From Roseofilum casamattae BLCC-M143 (lineage in GTDB: Bacteria; Cyanobacteriota; Cyanobacteriia; Cyanobacteriales; Desertifilaceae): a DNA stretch of 64,000 bases. The stretch is from positions 1 to 64,000 of the forward strand of contig NZ_JAQOSQ010000020.1 in the NCBI RefSeq assembly GCF_030068455.1, written 5' to 3'. The translations under genes were made by a program, and so were the position numbers. Position 1 is the stretch's first letter, and every line of letters starts with the position of its first letter. Under the pieces are notes generated by a model. That model saw only the letters and a list, made by a program, of their open reading frames with translations. It ran no database searches and was not told the origin of the DNA. Positions 47,582 to 56,992 of the stretch are shown one piece after another.

Positions 47582-47640
47582 ATCGGCATCACCTTTGAGG
47601 GCTAGTCATTGAGGGAGATCGGCATCACCTTTAAGGGCTA
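47582..47640. repeat. two 23-bp direct repeats (ATCGGCATCACCTTTGAGGGCTA and ATCGGCATCACCTTTAAGGGCTA) 50-110 bp upstream of the giant kinase start
   Basis: Read directly: 47582-47604 and 47618-47640, with one mismatch. Confidence 0.6.
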
Positions 47641-47831
47641 ACCGGACAAATAGGCATAGCTGTCAGGATTCGTTGCACTGCATTATAAGCCAGGTCGCGA
47701 TCTTTAACTTTTCGGATAATAAAGCATTAGTATAGTTACTCTAATTGATTTTCGGAGTAAGCACGATCGCGCCCACCACATCAACTCATTGCTTCTAGGG
47801 CGATCGCTCTCTACAATACGAACAGATCGAG

Positions 47832-48026
47832 CTAAATTGATGGCGAGGTTTGCGATCGTAAAACAATACCGAACAACCAGAACTTATCCCGTCTCCTCAT
47901 CTTCTCTGTGGCGCGCGTTTCACAATTGTTATGGCGATCGCCATCATTGAGGTTGAGACGAGTTACGATTTCTTCAGGAATAGTCACGCTGAGAGAGTTA
48001 CCCTGTTTTTTTACAGTGAGTTCCAT
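47832..48026 (-). pseudogene. MazE/AbrB(SpoVT)-family antitoxin-like small gene, probably frameshifted after about 30 codons; no toxin partner
   Basis: MELTVKKQGNSLSVTIPEEIVTRLNLNDGD matches the MazE/AbrB swapped-hairpin N-terminus. The +1 frame continues as AIAITIVKRAPQRR*, which would complete a ~45-aa domain. The current frame continues with non-homologous sequence. Confidence 0.4.
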
Positions 48027-48307
48027 CGAGTTTTACCTGAGATTAAATTGTTCGCTTGTATCAACCAACAGTTCCATTTCCGATAATATTTCTTTACTCA
48101 CTCCAAACTGGATTCCTAAAATTTGAAACATTGGGAAATTATGGAGATAGAAAAGAGTTAAGATAATCTGCTCTTCTAACATCAGTTTCGCTTCCCTACC
48201 TCCTCCAGCTTTTATCAGTCTAGTTTTTTGTTTTTTTCTTTCTGGATATTATTTTTAGGAGATGTCTATGGTAAAACGGTAAACATTAAGTCTAATATTT
48301 TAGCTTC

Positions 48308-48994
48308 TTATAAGAGCCATCGGGTGGTTTGCGAAAGAACCGATAATGCTCGCAAAGAACCGCGAATAAGTTTGAACGATCGCGCGGGATGCTTCATCAT
48401 GGTTAGAGCAAGAGGCAATGGTTGCAGGTTTCCTTCAAAATCGATCGCCCCATCCAACGGTGGTAAACTATCCTTAAATCCATCGCTAACGACGCGCGCG
48501 ATCGCCACTGGAAAACCCGCGTTTTGCAAGACCTGGAGAACGGCAAACCCTTCCATATCTACCACAGCAGCAACTCGAGCGAGAGATTGTTTTTCTTCCG
48601 TTTCAGTAATTACCCGATCGCAGGTTAATCCGCGTACTGGTTCTCGAGCAAGACCTAGTTTGGCTTGCACCCGTTCGGTTAAACTGCGATCGCACTCTAA
48701 CGTCAACATTCCCTGTTGCGGATGGCGATAAACGCATTCTCGATAAACGACGATATCAGCAACAGAGAGATCGGGAGAGACGCTACCGGCTAATCCCAGG
48801 ACAACTACGCGGGGGCGATCGGGTAGAATTTCTGTAACCCAGTGCTGGAGGTATGCCGTTACCGGTTCCATACCGATGGGAATGGGGATAACTCGAACGC
48901 CAGACATCCTTAATCCTTGTACGGCGCGACGAACCGCACGATATTCCGCTCCTTGGGGAACTAAAATAACATCGAGTACCTGGAAATTGCTCAT
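48308..48994 (-). CDS. nucleoside phosphorylase family-1 protein (MTA/SAH-nucleosidase-like fold)
   Basis: 228 aa. ...VVVLGLAGSVSPDLSVADIVV... and ...VDMEGFAVLQV... resemble the PNP_UDP_1 core. Confidence 0.5.
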   Translation of the reverse strand: MSNFQVLDVILVPQGAEYRAVRRAVQGLRMSGVRVIPIPIGMEPVTAYLQHWVTEILPDRPRVVVLGLAGSVSPDLSVADIVVYRECVYRHPQQGMLTLECDRSLTERVQAKLGLAREPVRGLTCDRVITETEEKQSLARVAAVVDMEGFAVLQVLQNAGFPVAIARVVSDGFKDSLPPLDGAIDFEGNLQPLPLALTMMKHPARSFKLIRGSLRALSVLSQTTRWLL

Positions 48995-49108
48995 GTTTCA
49001 AGGTAGTATTTTAACGGGTCAGAGGCAAAATAACCCCAATCGGGAACTTCCATCGCGCCCAAACCTTCTTAATATTGCGATCGCGAAAGGAAAATTATCC
49101 TCAAAACA

Positions 49109-49453
49109 ATGATAACGATCGACTCATGGAATGCTCGCCTGTCGAGTGGGATACTAGCAACGATGCTCGGCCTGCTCCCCAATTCTCTATTAGCGGTGGC
49201 GCAAGAGACAACAACTCCTCACCAATATCCCCAAGATGCGATCGCCGAAATTCTAGCAGACTGCCATACGGAAACTGAGAAAATTTTACCTCCCGATGTC
49301 GTCGAACCCTTATGTCAATGCGTCATCGCTGAATTTCAAGCTCAATTAAGTTACGACGAGTATCAACAGCTCGTCGAACAAGCAGAAACCGAAGGAGACG
49401 ATCCGGAAGTTCTGGCTGAAATTGGTGAAGAATGTGCTGTTAATGCCATTTAA
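49109..49453 (+). CDS. hypothetical small secreted Cys-containing protein
   Basis: 114 aa with a signal-peptide-like N-terminus (ILATMLGLLPNSLLAVA) and five Cys. Confidence 0.4.
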   Translation: MITIDSWNARLSSGILATMLGLLPNSLLAVAQETTTPHQYPQDAIAEILADCHTETEKILPPDVVEPLCQCVIAEFQAQLSYDEYQQLVEQAETEGDDPEVLAEIGEECAVNAI

Positions 49454-49797
49454 TATCGAGGAACAGACGGATCGACCAAGCGAGAATAGGCATCAATTCC
49501 TCCCGAGATATTATAAAGCTGGGTAAAGCCGCGATCGAATAACCACTGACACATTTGCTGCGATCGCATTCCATGATGGCAGATAACAGCAGTGGGCTTA
49601 TCGGTATCGAGCTGACTATCAATCTGTTCCGACCATTGGGCAAACTCACTTAACGAGAATACCTCAAACCCTTGGAGAGCAGCCACTTCTATCTCGTCGG
49701 GTTCGCGAACATCAATCAACTGCCAATTGGCTTTGTCCTCGGCGCTCAGTTGCGCAAACTCGCGAACGGTCATTTCAGTAATCGTTGGATTCGTCAC
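49450..49797 (-). CDS. rhodanese-domain sulfurtransferase (single domain)
   Basis: Active-site loop ICHHGMRSQQ with a catalytic Cys. 115 aa. The start is 2 nt after the stop of the upstream small gene. Confidence 0.8.
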   Translation of the reverse strand: MTNPTITEMTVREFAQLSAEDKANWQLIDVREPDEIEVAALQGFEVFSLSEFAQWSEQIDSQLDTDKPTAVICHHGMRSQQMCQWLFDRGFTQLYNISGGIDAYSRLVDPSVPRY

Positions 49798-49799
49798 AT

Positions 49800-50231
49800 T
49801 TAAACCTCTCTATCCTCTCCTAATGATGGCGGATTCTGCCAAGATTCGGTAGTAAACTCTTGCGTAATGGACTCGGAAAATAAAGCAATCCGTTCTGAAA
49901 GTTTCTCTTGAGCGCTTTGAGCTTCTTCTGCCGATTCAAATGGGGAAGTCTTGCGAGATAATGAAGTCGTGCGTTGCTTGTTCTGTTCTGCCTTTTTTTC
50001 CGCTTGCCATTGCTTCAAACGCTGTTGGGCAACCTGTTGATGATTTTTCATATACTCAGACCAAAACCCAGCATTCAACTCATCCATGGTACGAACAATC
50101 GACCAACATTCCATCAACATTAAATTATGTAACATGCGATCGTTGCGCTTTAACGCTCGGATAGCGTCAACGAGCTGGCGATAACCTTCCTGTTGCGAGT
50201 CCTCAGATTCATGCACGCGATTCGGTTCCAT
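49800..50231 (-). CDS. small conserved hypothetical protein (143 aa); paralogue of 2159-2473; translationally coupled to the rhodanese gene
   Basis: Shares the RQL-D-I--LKR-D--L-N---W----TMDE---GFW---MKN block with the 2159-2473 product. Confidence 0.5.
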   Translation of the reverse strand: MEPNRVHESEDSQQEGYRQLVDAIRALKRNDRMLHNLMLMECWSIVRTMDELNAGFWSEYMKNHQQVAQQRLKQWQAEKKAEQNKQRTTSLSRKTSPFESAEEAQSAQEKLSERIALFSESITQEFTTESWQNPPSLGEDREV

Positions 50232-50351
50232 TGCCCAATCTTTGCTCCCAGATACTTGGGATTATCATAGATCGGAATTCGATCGGCAGATCGCGATCGC
50301 CAGCCAGAGCAAGAACCGGCCTATGGCAAAATAAAGAACGATCGCCTTCTC

Positions 50352-51092
50352 ATGTCTACTCTGCTACCCGCTCTACTCCCTATGCTTATTCCCTTAAATC
50401 GCAGCAGGTTTGAACAACTAATTCCCACGATCGCGACGGGGAATCAATACAAATACTGCTGGGGCACTTTTTCCGATCTGCTTCGGCGCTTACTCGCGTC
50501 AATTATTGGCGCTTTGGTTATCTTATTTAGCCGCATTTCTGCCTTCGGCGAAAGCTTGGAATTATTGTTATTTCTAGTGGGAATTACGGCGGGAACCTAT
50601 TGGTTATGGGGCCCGATTCTCTGGGCAAGTCAGCGAAATGTCAAGTACCGGAAATTTCCCTATAGTGGCTTTTGGCGCGGTCGAGTGTTAGATGTTTTTG
50701 TTACGGATGAGTTGGTGAGTACGGAAGAAACGGTGAATAACCAGGGGGATTTGGTCATCGTGGAAAACCGGGAGCGGCGCTTAAATTTAGATTTAGGGGA
50801 CAAAACGGGCTTTGAAACCCGAGTACAAGTGCCCATACGCCGCCAATATCGCTCGATTGATGTGGGTATGGCCGCTGAAATGATTGTTTTATCAGATCGA
50901 CCGGATTTAAGCCGAATTAACCGCATTTCCGACGTCTATTTACCCGAGATTCGGTTATGGGTGAGCGATTACCCTTACCTCCAGCGAGATATTTTTTTGG
51001 AGGTTAGCGAGACTTTGCGACGGCAGTCTATGAGAGCAGATTCGGAAGCGATGGATCGGCGATCGTCCCGGAGAGAGCGCGATCGCCGCTAA
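50352..51092 (+). CDS. hypothetical membrane protein
   Basis: 246 aa with two or three hydrophobic helices near the N-terminus and a charged C-terminus. Confidence 0.45.
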   Translation: MSTLLPALLPMLIPLNRSRFEQLIPTIATGNQYKYCWGTFSDLLRRLLASIIGALVILFSRISAFGESLELLLFLVGITAGTYWLWGPILWASQRNVKYRKFPYSGFWRGRVLDVFVTDELVSTEETVNNQGDLVIVENRERRLNLDLGDKTGFETRVQVPIRRQYRSIDVGMAAEMIVLSDRPDLSRINRISDVYLPEIRLWVSDYPYLQRDIFLEVSETLRRQSMRADSEAMDRRSSRRERDRR

Positions 51093-51317
51093 ATTCAAAG
51101 ATATCTTAAATCGTCTGTCTCTCGCCAGAGCTTGTCTGACTATTTTTGTTCGATTGAAAAATATACGCGATCGGAATCTATCGATCGATTTAGAATTGCT
51201 GGGAACCGGAAAACCGATTTGCCAAGAAACTCTGTGTTACCATAGGTGGCTGAGGTTGAACGTACTTACTGAAGTCTTCAGTTCGGGTAACATTCAAAAG
51301 AGCTGTATGGGAAGCCT

Positions 51318-52799
51318 ATGCTATTCAATTCTTATATATTTATCTGTTTCTTTTTGCCGTTAACTCTGATTGGATTCTTTAATTTTACTAAATATCGAAA
51401 AACCAAAGCAGCCCAACTCTGGTTAGCGATCGCTTCCTTCGCATTTTATGGCTATTGGAATCCTATCTACCTGCCACTTTTGCTAGGTTCGATTTTATTT
51501 AACCATACCTTGGGTCAATGGATTAGCGAAGCAGAAACGGGAAGCCGCCGCGCGAAAGTCTTGCTCATCGTTGGGATTAGCATTAACTTGCTTGCCATTG
51601 GATACTATAAATATACTGGATTTTTAGTGGATTCGGTTAACAGTCTCTTACAGACCGGTTTTCCCGTACCGCAGATGGTGCTGCCACTTGCTATTTCCTT
51701 CTACACATTTACCCAAATTGCCTATTTAGTTGATGCCTATTTAGGCGAGACCAAAGAAGCCAAATACGATCTCCTCACGTACAGCTTATTTGTCTCATTC
51801 TTTCCCCAACTAATCGCCGGTCCTATCCTGCGTCATGACGAACTAATCCCACAATTTCGCCAGCGGCGCAAGTTCATTTTTTCGCACCAAAACTTTGCTT
51901 ATGGATTAACCTTATTTAGCTTGGGTCTATCAAAGAAAGTACTGATTGGCGATCGCTTATCTCCCTGGGTGGCGATCGTCTTTGATAATGCCGGTGATGT
52001 CACCTTTATTGAAGCCTGGATCGGAGCGCTGGCCTATGCCTTTCAACTGTATTTCGACTTTTCCGGCTACTCGGATATGGCGATCGGTTTGGGCATGATG
52101 TTTAATATTACTCTACCCATCAATTTTAATTCCCCTTATAAAGCAACCTCAATTACCGATTTCTGGCGACGCTGGCATATTACCCTCTCGAATTTCTTGC
52201 GAGATTATTTGTATATTCCACTAGGGGGAAGTCGTAAGGGCGAAATTCGTCGTTACTCCAATTTATTAACCACAATGCTGTTAGGTGGCTTGTGGCACGG
52301 AGCGGGTTGGACATTTGTCTTTTGGGGAGGAATGCACGGAACCTATTTAGCCATTAATCATTGGTGGCGCAAGAATGGATTTTCCCTACATTGGTTTTTG
52401 GGATGGCTTATCACCTTCAATGCCGTCCTCTTTAGTTGGGTGTTTTTCCGCGCCCACAGCTTAAGTGATGGCATCAGTTTAGTACAAACTATGCTCGGCA
52501 TGAATGGCATTGTCTTGCCGGGAAATCCGGAAGGAAAGTTATCTGTATTAACTCAGTTTGGCATTCAACTGAAGCGGGGGGAAGAATTTGCCTATCTAGT
52601 ACCCACAGTTAGAAATAGAAGTCTCATCGTGCTCGCGTTATTCGGATTAACCTTAGCAGCAACTTGCTTGCCAAATACTCAGGAGATGATGCAGAAATTT
52701 AAACCCAATTGGTGGTGGGCCTTAATTGTTGGAGGTTTAGCGGCTTATTGCTTGTTATCTCTATTCAAAGTTTCCGAGTTTATTTACTATCAATTTTAG
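51318..52799 (+). CDS. MBOAT-family membrane-bound O-acyltransferase (AlgI/DltB-like)
   Basis: Polytopic. The conserved His region ...RRWHITLSNFLRDYLYIPLGGSR... is typical of AlgI/DltB. Confidence 0.85.
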   Translation: MLFNSYIFICFFLPLTLIGFFNFTKYRKTKAAQLWLAIASFAFYGYWNPIYLPLLLGSILFNHTLGQWISEAETGSRRAKVLLIVGISINLLAIGYYKYTGFLVDSVNSLLQTGFPVPQMVLPLAISFYTFTQIAYLVDAYLGETKEAKYDLLTYSLFVSFFPQLIAGPILRHDELIPQFRQRRKFIFSHQNFAYGLTLFSLGLSKKVLIGDRLSPWVAIVFDNAGDVTFIEAWIGALAYAFQLYFDFSGYSDMAIGLGMMFNITLPINFNSPYKATSITDFWRRWHITLSNFLRDYLYIPLGGSRKGEIRRYSNLLTTMLLGGLWHGAGWTFVFWGGMHGTYLAINHWWRKNGFSLHWFLGWLITFNAVLFSWVFFRAHSLSDGISLVQTMLGMNGIVLPGNPEGKLSVLTQFGIQLKRGEEFAYLVPTVRNRSLIVLALFGLTLAATCLPNTQEMMQKFKPNWWWALIVGGLAAYCLLSLFKVSEFIYYQF

Positions 52800-52813
52800 G
52801 GAATAGAAGAAGA

Positions 52814-53983
52814 ATGAAACGCTCTTACGCTGAATTTAATCGGATATTTTTAATGACTGCATCTGTGATTGTTTTAGGAATTAGTGGCGCTAATTTCCTT
52901 ATGGATCCTTATGGCGTGATGAATGCACCAACGATTGAAGGATTTAATAAGCTGAAGCCAACCAAGGGAAATCACACGCGGTTATTCAAAGCAGTTGATG
53001 TAATTCGTCTCAAACCACAAAATGTTTTTTTAGGAACCTCTCGTACTAATTTAGCCTTAGATCCCAGGCATCCGGCATTCTCTAATAATGGGAGCGAAAT
53101 GAGCTATAATCTAGGATTACAAGATGCTAACTTGTACGAAATATTGCGTTATTTAGAACATGCGATCGCAAATCAAGATGAGGTAAAGAATGTGGTTATT
53201 GGGATTGACTATCTCTCATTCAATGAATGGTCGAGACCGAAACCCGATTTTGATGAAACGATCTTGGGGAGGACAACGATATCAGGACCGCTGATGATGA
53301 ATGTTCTATTTTCCTTAGACGTATTTAAATCTAGCCAAAAAACTCTAGTTGAGAATGTATCTAAAGGTCGAAATAGCTCGGAATTCATCAATGGAATGAG
53401 AGTGCTTCATACCCACAAGTTGCCTTGGACGATGGAGTATTTTACGAATGGTTTTATTGTATTATCTAATGCTTATAATCACTATAAACTATCTGAAAAA
53501 AGATTGGAAGACTTACAAAAGATTGTCGATATTTGTCGAGAACAAAATATTAACTTGCAGTTGTTTATCTCGCCAGTTCATGCGAGTCAGTTGGAAGCAA
53601 TTCGTGCGGCAGGAAAGTGGGATAACTTCGAGCAATGGAAACGAGAAGTCGCTGAGATATCGCCTTTTTGGGACTTTTCCGGCTATAACAGCCTAACCAC
53701 AGAGGAAATTGCCGAACAAATGGTATATTATCGAGACAGCTCTCACTATAGCCCAGAAGTCGGAAATTTAGTGCTGAATCGGATCTTTGACTATCAGTTA
53801 GATAAGGTTCCAGATGATTTTGGAGTTCGAGTAACATCCGAGAGCATTGACGCTCATCTGGAAGAAATCAGAGGCGATCGAGAGGCTTGGGCCAATACTC
53901 ATCCAAAACTGATTCAAACCGTTGAAGAACTGATGCAAGCTCGGGGAAATAATGCGACTTTTCAGATCGGCTCACCGTTTTAA
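52814..53983 (+). CDS. hypothetical protein, probable AlgJ/AlgX/DltD-like partner of the MBOAT O-acyltransferase
   Basis: N-terminal signal anchor. The position immediately downstream of the MBOAT gene mirrors algI-algJ / dltB-dltD pairs. The start is at 52814; the track ORF's upstream extension overlaps the MBOAT 3' end. No strong motif was recognised. Confidence 0.35.
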   Translation: MKRSYAEFNRIFLMTASVIVLGISGANFLMDPYGVMNAPTIEGFNKLKPTKGNHTRLFKAVDVIRLKPQNVFLGTSRTNLALDPRHPAFSNNGSEMSYNLGLQDANLYEILRYLEHAIANQDEVKNVVIGIDYLSFNEWSRPKPDFDETILGRTTISGPLMMNVLFSLDVFKSSQKTLVENVSKGRNSSEFINGMRVLHTHKLPWTMEYFTNGFIVLSNAYNHYKLSEKRLEDLQKIVDICREQNINLQLFISPVHASQLEAIRAAGKWDNFEQWKREVAEISPFWDFSGYNSLTTEEIAEQMVYYRDSSHYSPEVGNLVLNRIFDYQLDKVPDDFGVRVTSESIDAHLEEIRGDREAWANTHPKLIQTVEELMQARGNNATFQIGSPF

Positions 53984-54895
53984 TAAGGCTCGCAACCGAC
54001 TTCTGATTCTGACTTTTCGCTTGAAACGAGTCCAATAATTTTCGTTATTGGCTTTGGCAATTCCCTGGTAAACTAATTTTTTATAAGGAGTGACTTCAAT
54101 GCGTTCCGGATAGGTTTTAACTTGGAAATTTTTGGGAGGTTCGGCAATCGGAATGGTTTCATCTCCGCAATGAGTTCCGCTACCATCCCAACCAATGTTA
54201 TCAATAAAAGAGTATTTAGGAAATAAGGTTAACCCATCTTGCATAAAGACACTTAAATACCACACAATCCCCCAGGCATCTATCTTACCAGCGATTAAGT
54301 CTTCGAGCAGTTCGTAGTAATAATAGGAGTTGTTGAGATCGAATTGATAGCGAAGTTCGCGGCTTTTTTTCAGGCGATCGTAACCTGTCAGTTTTGGATC
54401 GAGATATTTCCACGCTCGCTGCCATGTTCCCCACCCCCAAGTGGTAACTGAGGGTAAGAAAAAGCTATCAGTTTCGCAGGGAAAATCAGCGGGAAACATA
54501 TGACCAGAAATTTGCATTACTCGTTCCCGATCTTGGTATTTCTCCAAGGCATGATTCATGTATTGTAAAAACTTGGGATGTACCAAGAGATCGTCTTCTA
54601 AGACAATCACTTTTCCATATTTATCGCTCAGTTTTGTAACTCCAGAAATAATAGATTTGGCGAGACCAATATTTTCTTCTCTCTCCAGAATTTCCACCTC
54701 ACCGCACCACTGTTGGCTTTTGACGACTTCTCGAGCAGCCATCACACGATCGCGATCGCCGGGAACTTTAATTCCGTCACAGAATATATAGAGCTTACTC
54801 TCTCGAGCAAGATCGCACTCAGCCAGGGATGAGAGCGCTCTGAGGGCGTGTTCGGGGCGTTTATAAGCGAAAAAGGCGATCGGTGCTAAATCCAT
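53972..54895 (-). CDS. glycosyltransferase (GT-A fold, family-2-like)
   Basis: IAFFAYKRPEHALRALSSL, then IFCDG and LEDD (DXD-like) motifs. Confidence 0.55.
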   Translation of the reverse strand: MDLAPIAFFAYKRPEHALRALSSLAECDLARESKLYIFCDGIKVPGDRDRVMAAREVVKSQQWCGEVEILEREENIGLAKSIISGVTKLSDKYGKVIVLEDDLLVHPKFLQYMNHALEKYQDRERVMQISGHMFPADFPCETDSFFLPSVTTWGWGTWQRAWKYLDPKLTGYDRLKKSRELRYQFDLNNSYYYYELLEDLIAGKIDAWGIVWYLSVFMQDGLTLFPKYSFIDNIGWDGSGTHCGDETIPIAEPPKNFQVKTYPERIEVTPYKKLVYQGIAKANNENYWTRFKRKVRIRSRLRALLKR

Positions 54896-54955
54896 ATCAA
54901 CGAGTCCTCAGAGTTTGATTCAATGCCTGTATTTCCAGATTGTGTTGGGATGGTT

Positions 54956-55621
54956 TTACTTTGTCGCACGAGCATAGAGAGACTGATATTTTCTATCTTC
55001 TCGGTCTAACTGAGGGTCGAACTCCCGAGAACTAGCATCCTGAAACCCAACTTTTGAGAGAATTTGTACGATACTCTCTCGATCAAACATATAGCGATGC
55101 TGTCCGTCCATGTAAAAGATGTAGTTCACATAATCCATCTTAGAACTATAGTCGAGTCCCCAGTCATAGCTACAGTATTTTTTGACTTCTAGGGGGTCGC
55201 TATGAAAGTAGGCTTTTAGGTATATTGTGGGGTCGGGAACTACCATGCTGAACATGCCGTTGGGTTTGAGCACTCTATGACAATCTTCGAGTAAAAAAAG
55301 TAAGTCATTGTAACTAAAATGTTCGAGAACGTGCTCGGAATAGATAAAATCAATAGATTGGTCGGGGAACGGCAGGCCTAATCTCAGGTCGTGCGGAAAG
55401 TCAGTTGACAGGCTGAGGTCGGAGGTAATGAATCCTTGCTTTTTCGCAGAGTTACCAACTCCAATTTCTAGTTTGTTGATGTTTGTTGGTTTGAGTAACA
55501 GACTCGATTTAATTCTTCCGATCGCGGAGATTAGGTAGGCTTTAGTTTCAAACTTAATTGTCCGGTAAATTTCAGCGAGTCTTTCTATCGATCGTTTTCC
55601 CATAGGTTTTACCTCTGCCAT
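54956..55621 (-). CDS. class I SAM-dependent methyltransferase
   Basis: LEIGVGNS...DFIYSEHVLEHF...LKPNGMF matches methyltransferase motifs I, II and post-I. Confidence 0.65.
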   Translation of the reverse strand: MAEVKPMGKRSIERLAEIYRTIKFETKAYLISAIGRIKSSLLLKPTNINKLEIGVGNSAKKQGFITSDLSLSTDFPHDLRLGLPFPDQSIDFIYSEHVLEHFSYNDLLFLLEDCHRVLKPNGMFSMVVPDPTIYLKAYFHSDPLEVKKYCSYDWGLDYSSKMDYVNYIFYMDGQHRYMFDRESIVQILSKVGFQDASSREFDPQLDREDRKYQSLYARATK

Positions 55622-56928
55622 AAACTTTTGAGTATGAGTGCGTTGGTCATCAAACGTCCAATTTCTCTAAACCTCGGATACGTTATGTAAACTAAGTAAT
55701 CGGCACATCCATAAGAAATAACTGTTGCTATGGCGGCGCCTGTTTCTCCATACTGAGGAATGAGAAACAGGTTAAGTGCTATATTGACTATAGCACCGCA
55801 GCACGTGCTAATTAAAGCAAAACGCGTCAGACCTTCTGTAACGATCCAAACTCCTTTAGCAACCCCTAAAAAGACAAATATGCTCGCCCATATGTGAATC
55901 GTTAAAACCGACCCCGAAGCGGCATACTGTTCGCCGTATAGAAGCAGGATAATCGGGGTAGCTAAAAATGCCATTGGGATGGCGATCGCATAAGCTAGTC
56001 CCGTCATAATTGTAAACAGTTTCTGTAGCCGTTCCTCGTATAAAATCTTGGACACGCTTCTTGATTCTATTATAGCAGGCGAGACTGAAGAAACAATAGA
56101 AGTTGGGATAAAATACCACAGTTCGGATATTCGGGTCGCGACGGAATAGATGCCAACGGTTTCATCGCCAAATATTTGCCCGAGCATAACCATATCTACG
56201 CGTAAATAGATCGTCACTGCTATCCCCGAAAACATTAAGGGCAAGGAATCTTTAAGTAACTTTTTCACCCAGTCCAGACGAACTCGCCAGGCAGTAATCG
56301 AGTTGCCATTTAACTGATAAGCTAGGAGTAAACCAATCGTAGATAAGATAATTTCACCCAAGGCATTCCAAGCGAAAAATACTACTGAAATTTGGGAATA
56401 AATCAACACTATTTTAATTCCATTGGCGAATAAATACGCTGAATTTTTACTCCAAACAGTATATTTTGATTGAACTTGAGATTGAAACCACAGGTCGATA
56501 GTATGAAACACCTGGAAAAACATCCCAAATCCGATAATCTGGACCAGAATATGAGTTAGGGTATCCGTTGGTCGCATCCAGGAGATCGTAGTAATAGCTA
56601 ACAGATAAGCTAAAATACTGCTGATTAATTGAATGCCAAAGGCTGTACCTAAAATTTCATCTTTCTCGGATGGGTTTTGTACCAGGTCGCGGACTACGAC
56701 TTTCTCTAACCCAACTTTTGCCAGAGGAGCAAGTAAACCGATGAATGCGATCGCGTAGCTCAATATGCCAAACTGTTTCGGTCCTAAATAGCGAGCCACC
56801 CAAACTCCAATGAACAGACCCAAACCCATCTGTAATATTTTTTCGGAAGCCAGCCAGCTCGCATTACTAATAATCTGGCGTAACTTCGGACTTATTTTTT
56901 CATTCAACTCGCTGATTTTTTTAAACAT
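55609..56928 (-). CDS. polysaccharide flippase (Wzx-like, MOP superfamily)
   Basis: About 12 TM segments. The N-terminal region (...ISNASWLASEKILQMGLGLFIGVWVARYLGPKQFGILSYA...) is typical of Wzx/polysaccharide biosynthesis proteins. Confidence 0.7.
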   Translation of the reverse strand: MFKKISELNEKISPKLRQIISNASWLASEKILQMGLGLFIGVWVARYLGPKQFGILSYAIAFIGLLAPLAKVGLEKVVVRDLVQNPSEKDEILGTAFGIQLISSILAYLLAITTISWMRPTDTLTHILVQIIGFGMFFQVFHTIDLWFQSQVQSKYTVWSKNSAYLFANGIKIVLIYSQISVVFFAWNALGEIILSTIGLLLAYQLNGNSITAWRVRLDWVKKLLKDSLPLMFSGIAVTIYLRVDMVMLGQIFGDETVGIYSVATRISELWYFIPTSIVSSVSPAIIESRSVSKILYEERLQKLFTIMTGLAYAIAIPMAFLATPIILLLYGEQYAASGSVLTIHIWASIFVFLGVAKGVWIVTEGLTRFALISTCCGAIVNIALNLFLIPQYGETGAAIATVISYGCADYLVYITYPRFREIGRLMTNALILKSLWQR

Positions 56929-56992
56929 ATTTCAATTGAGCGATAATGTTAGAGTCCGATCCGTTCGTCAAAAGTTCTACCATTCCAATAGA

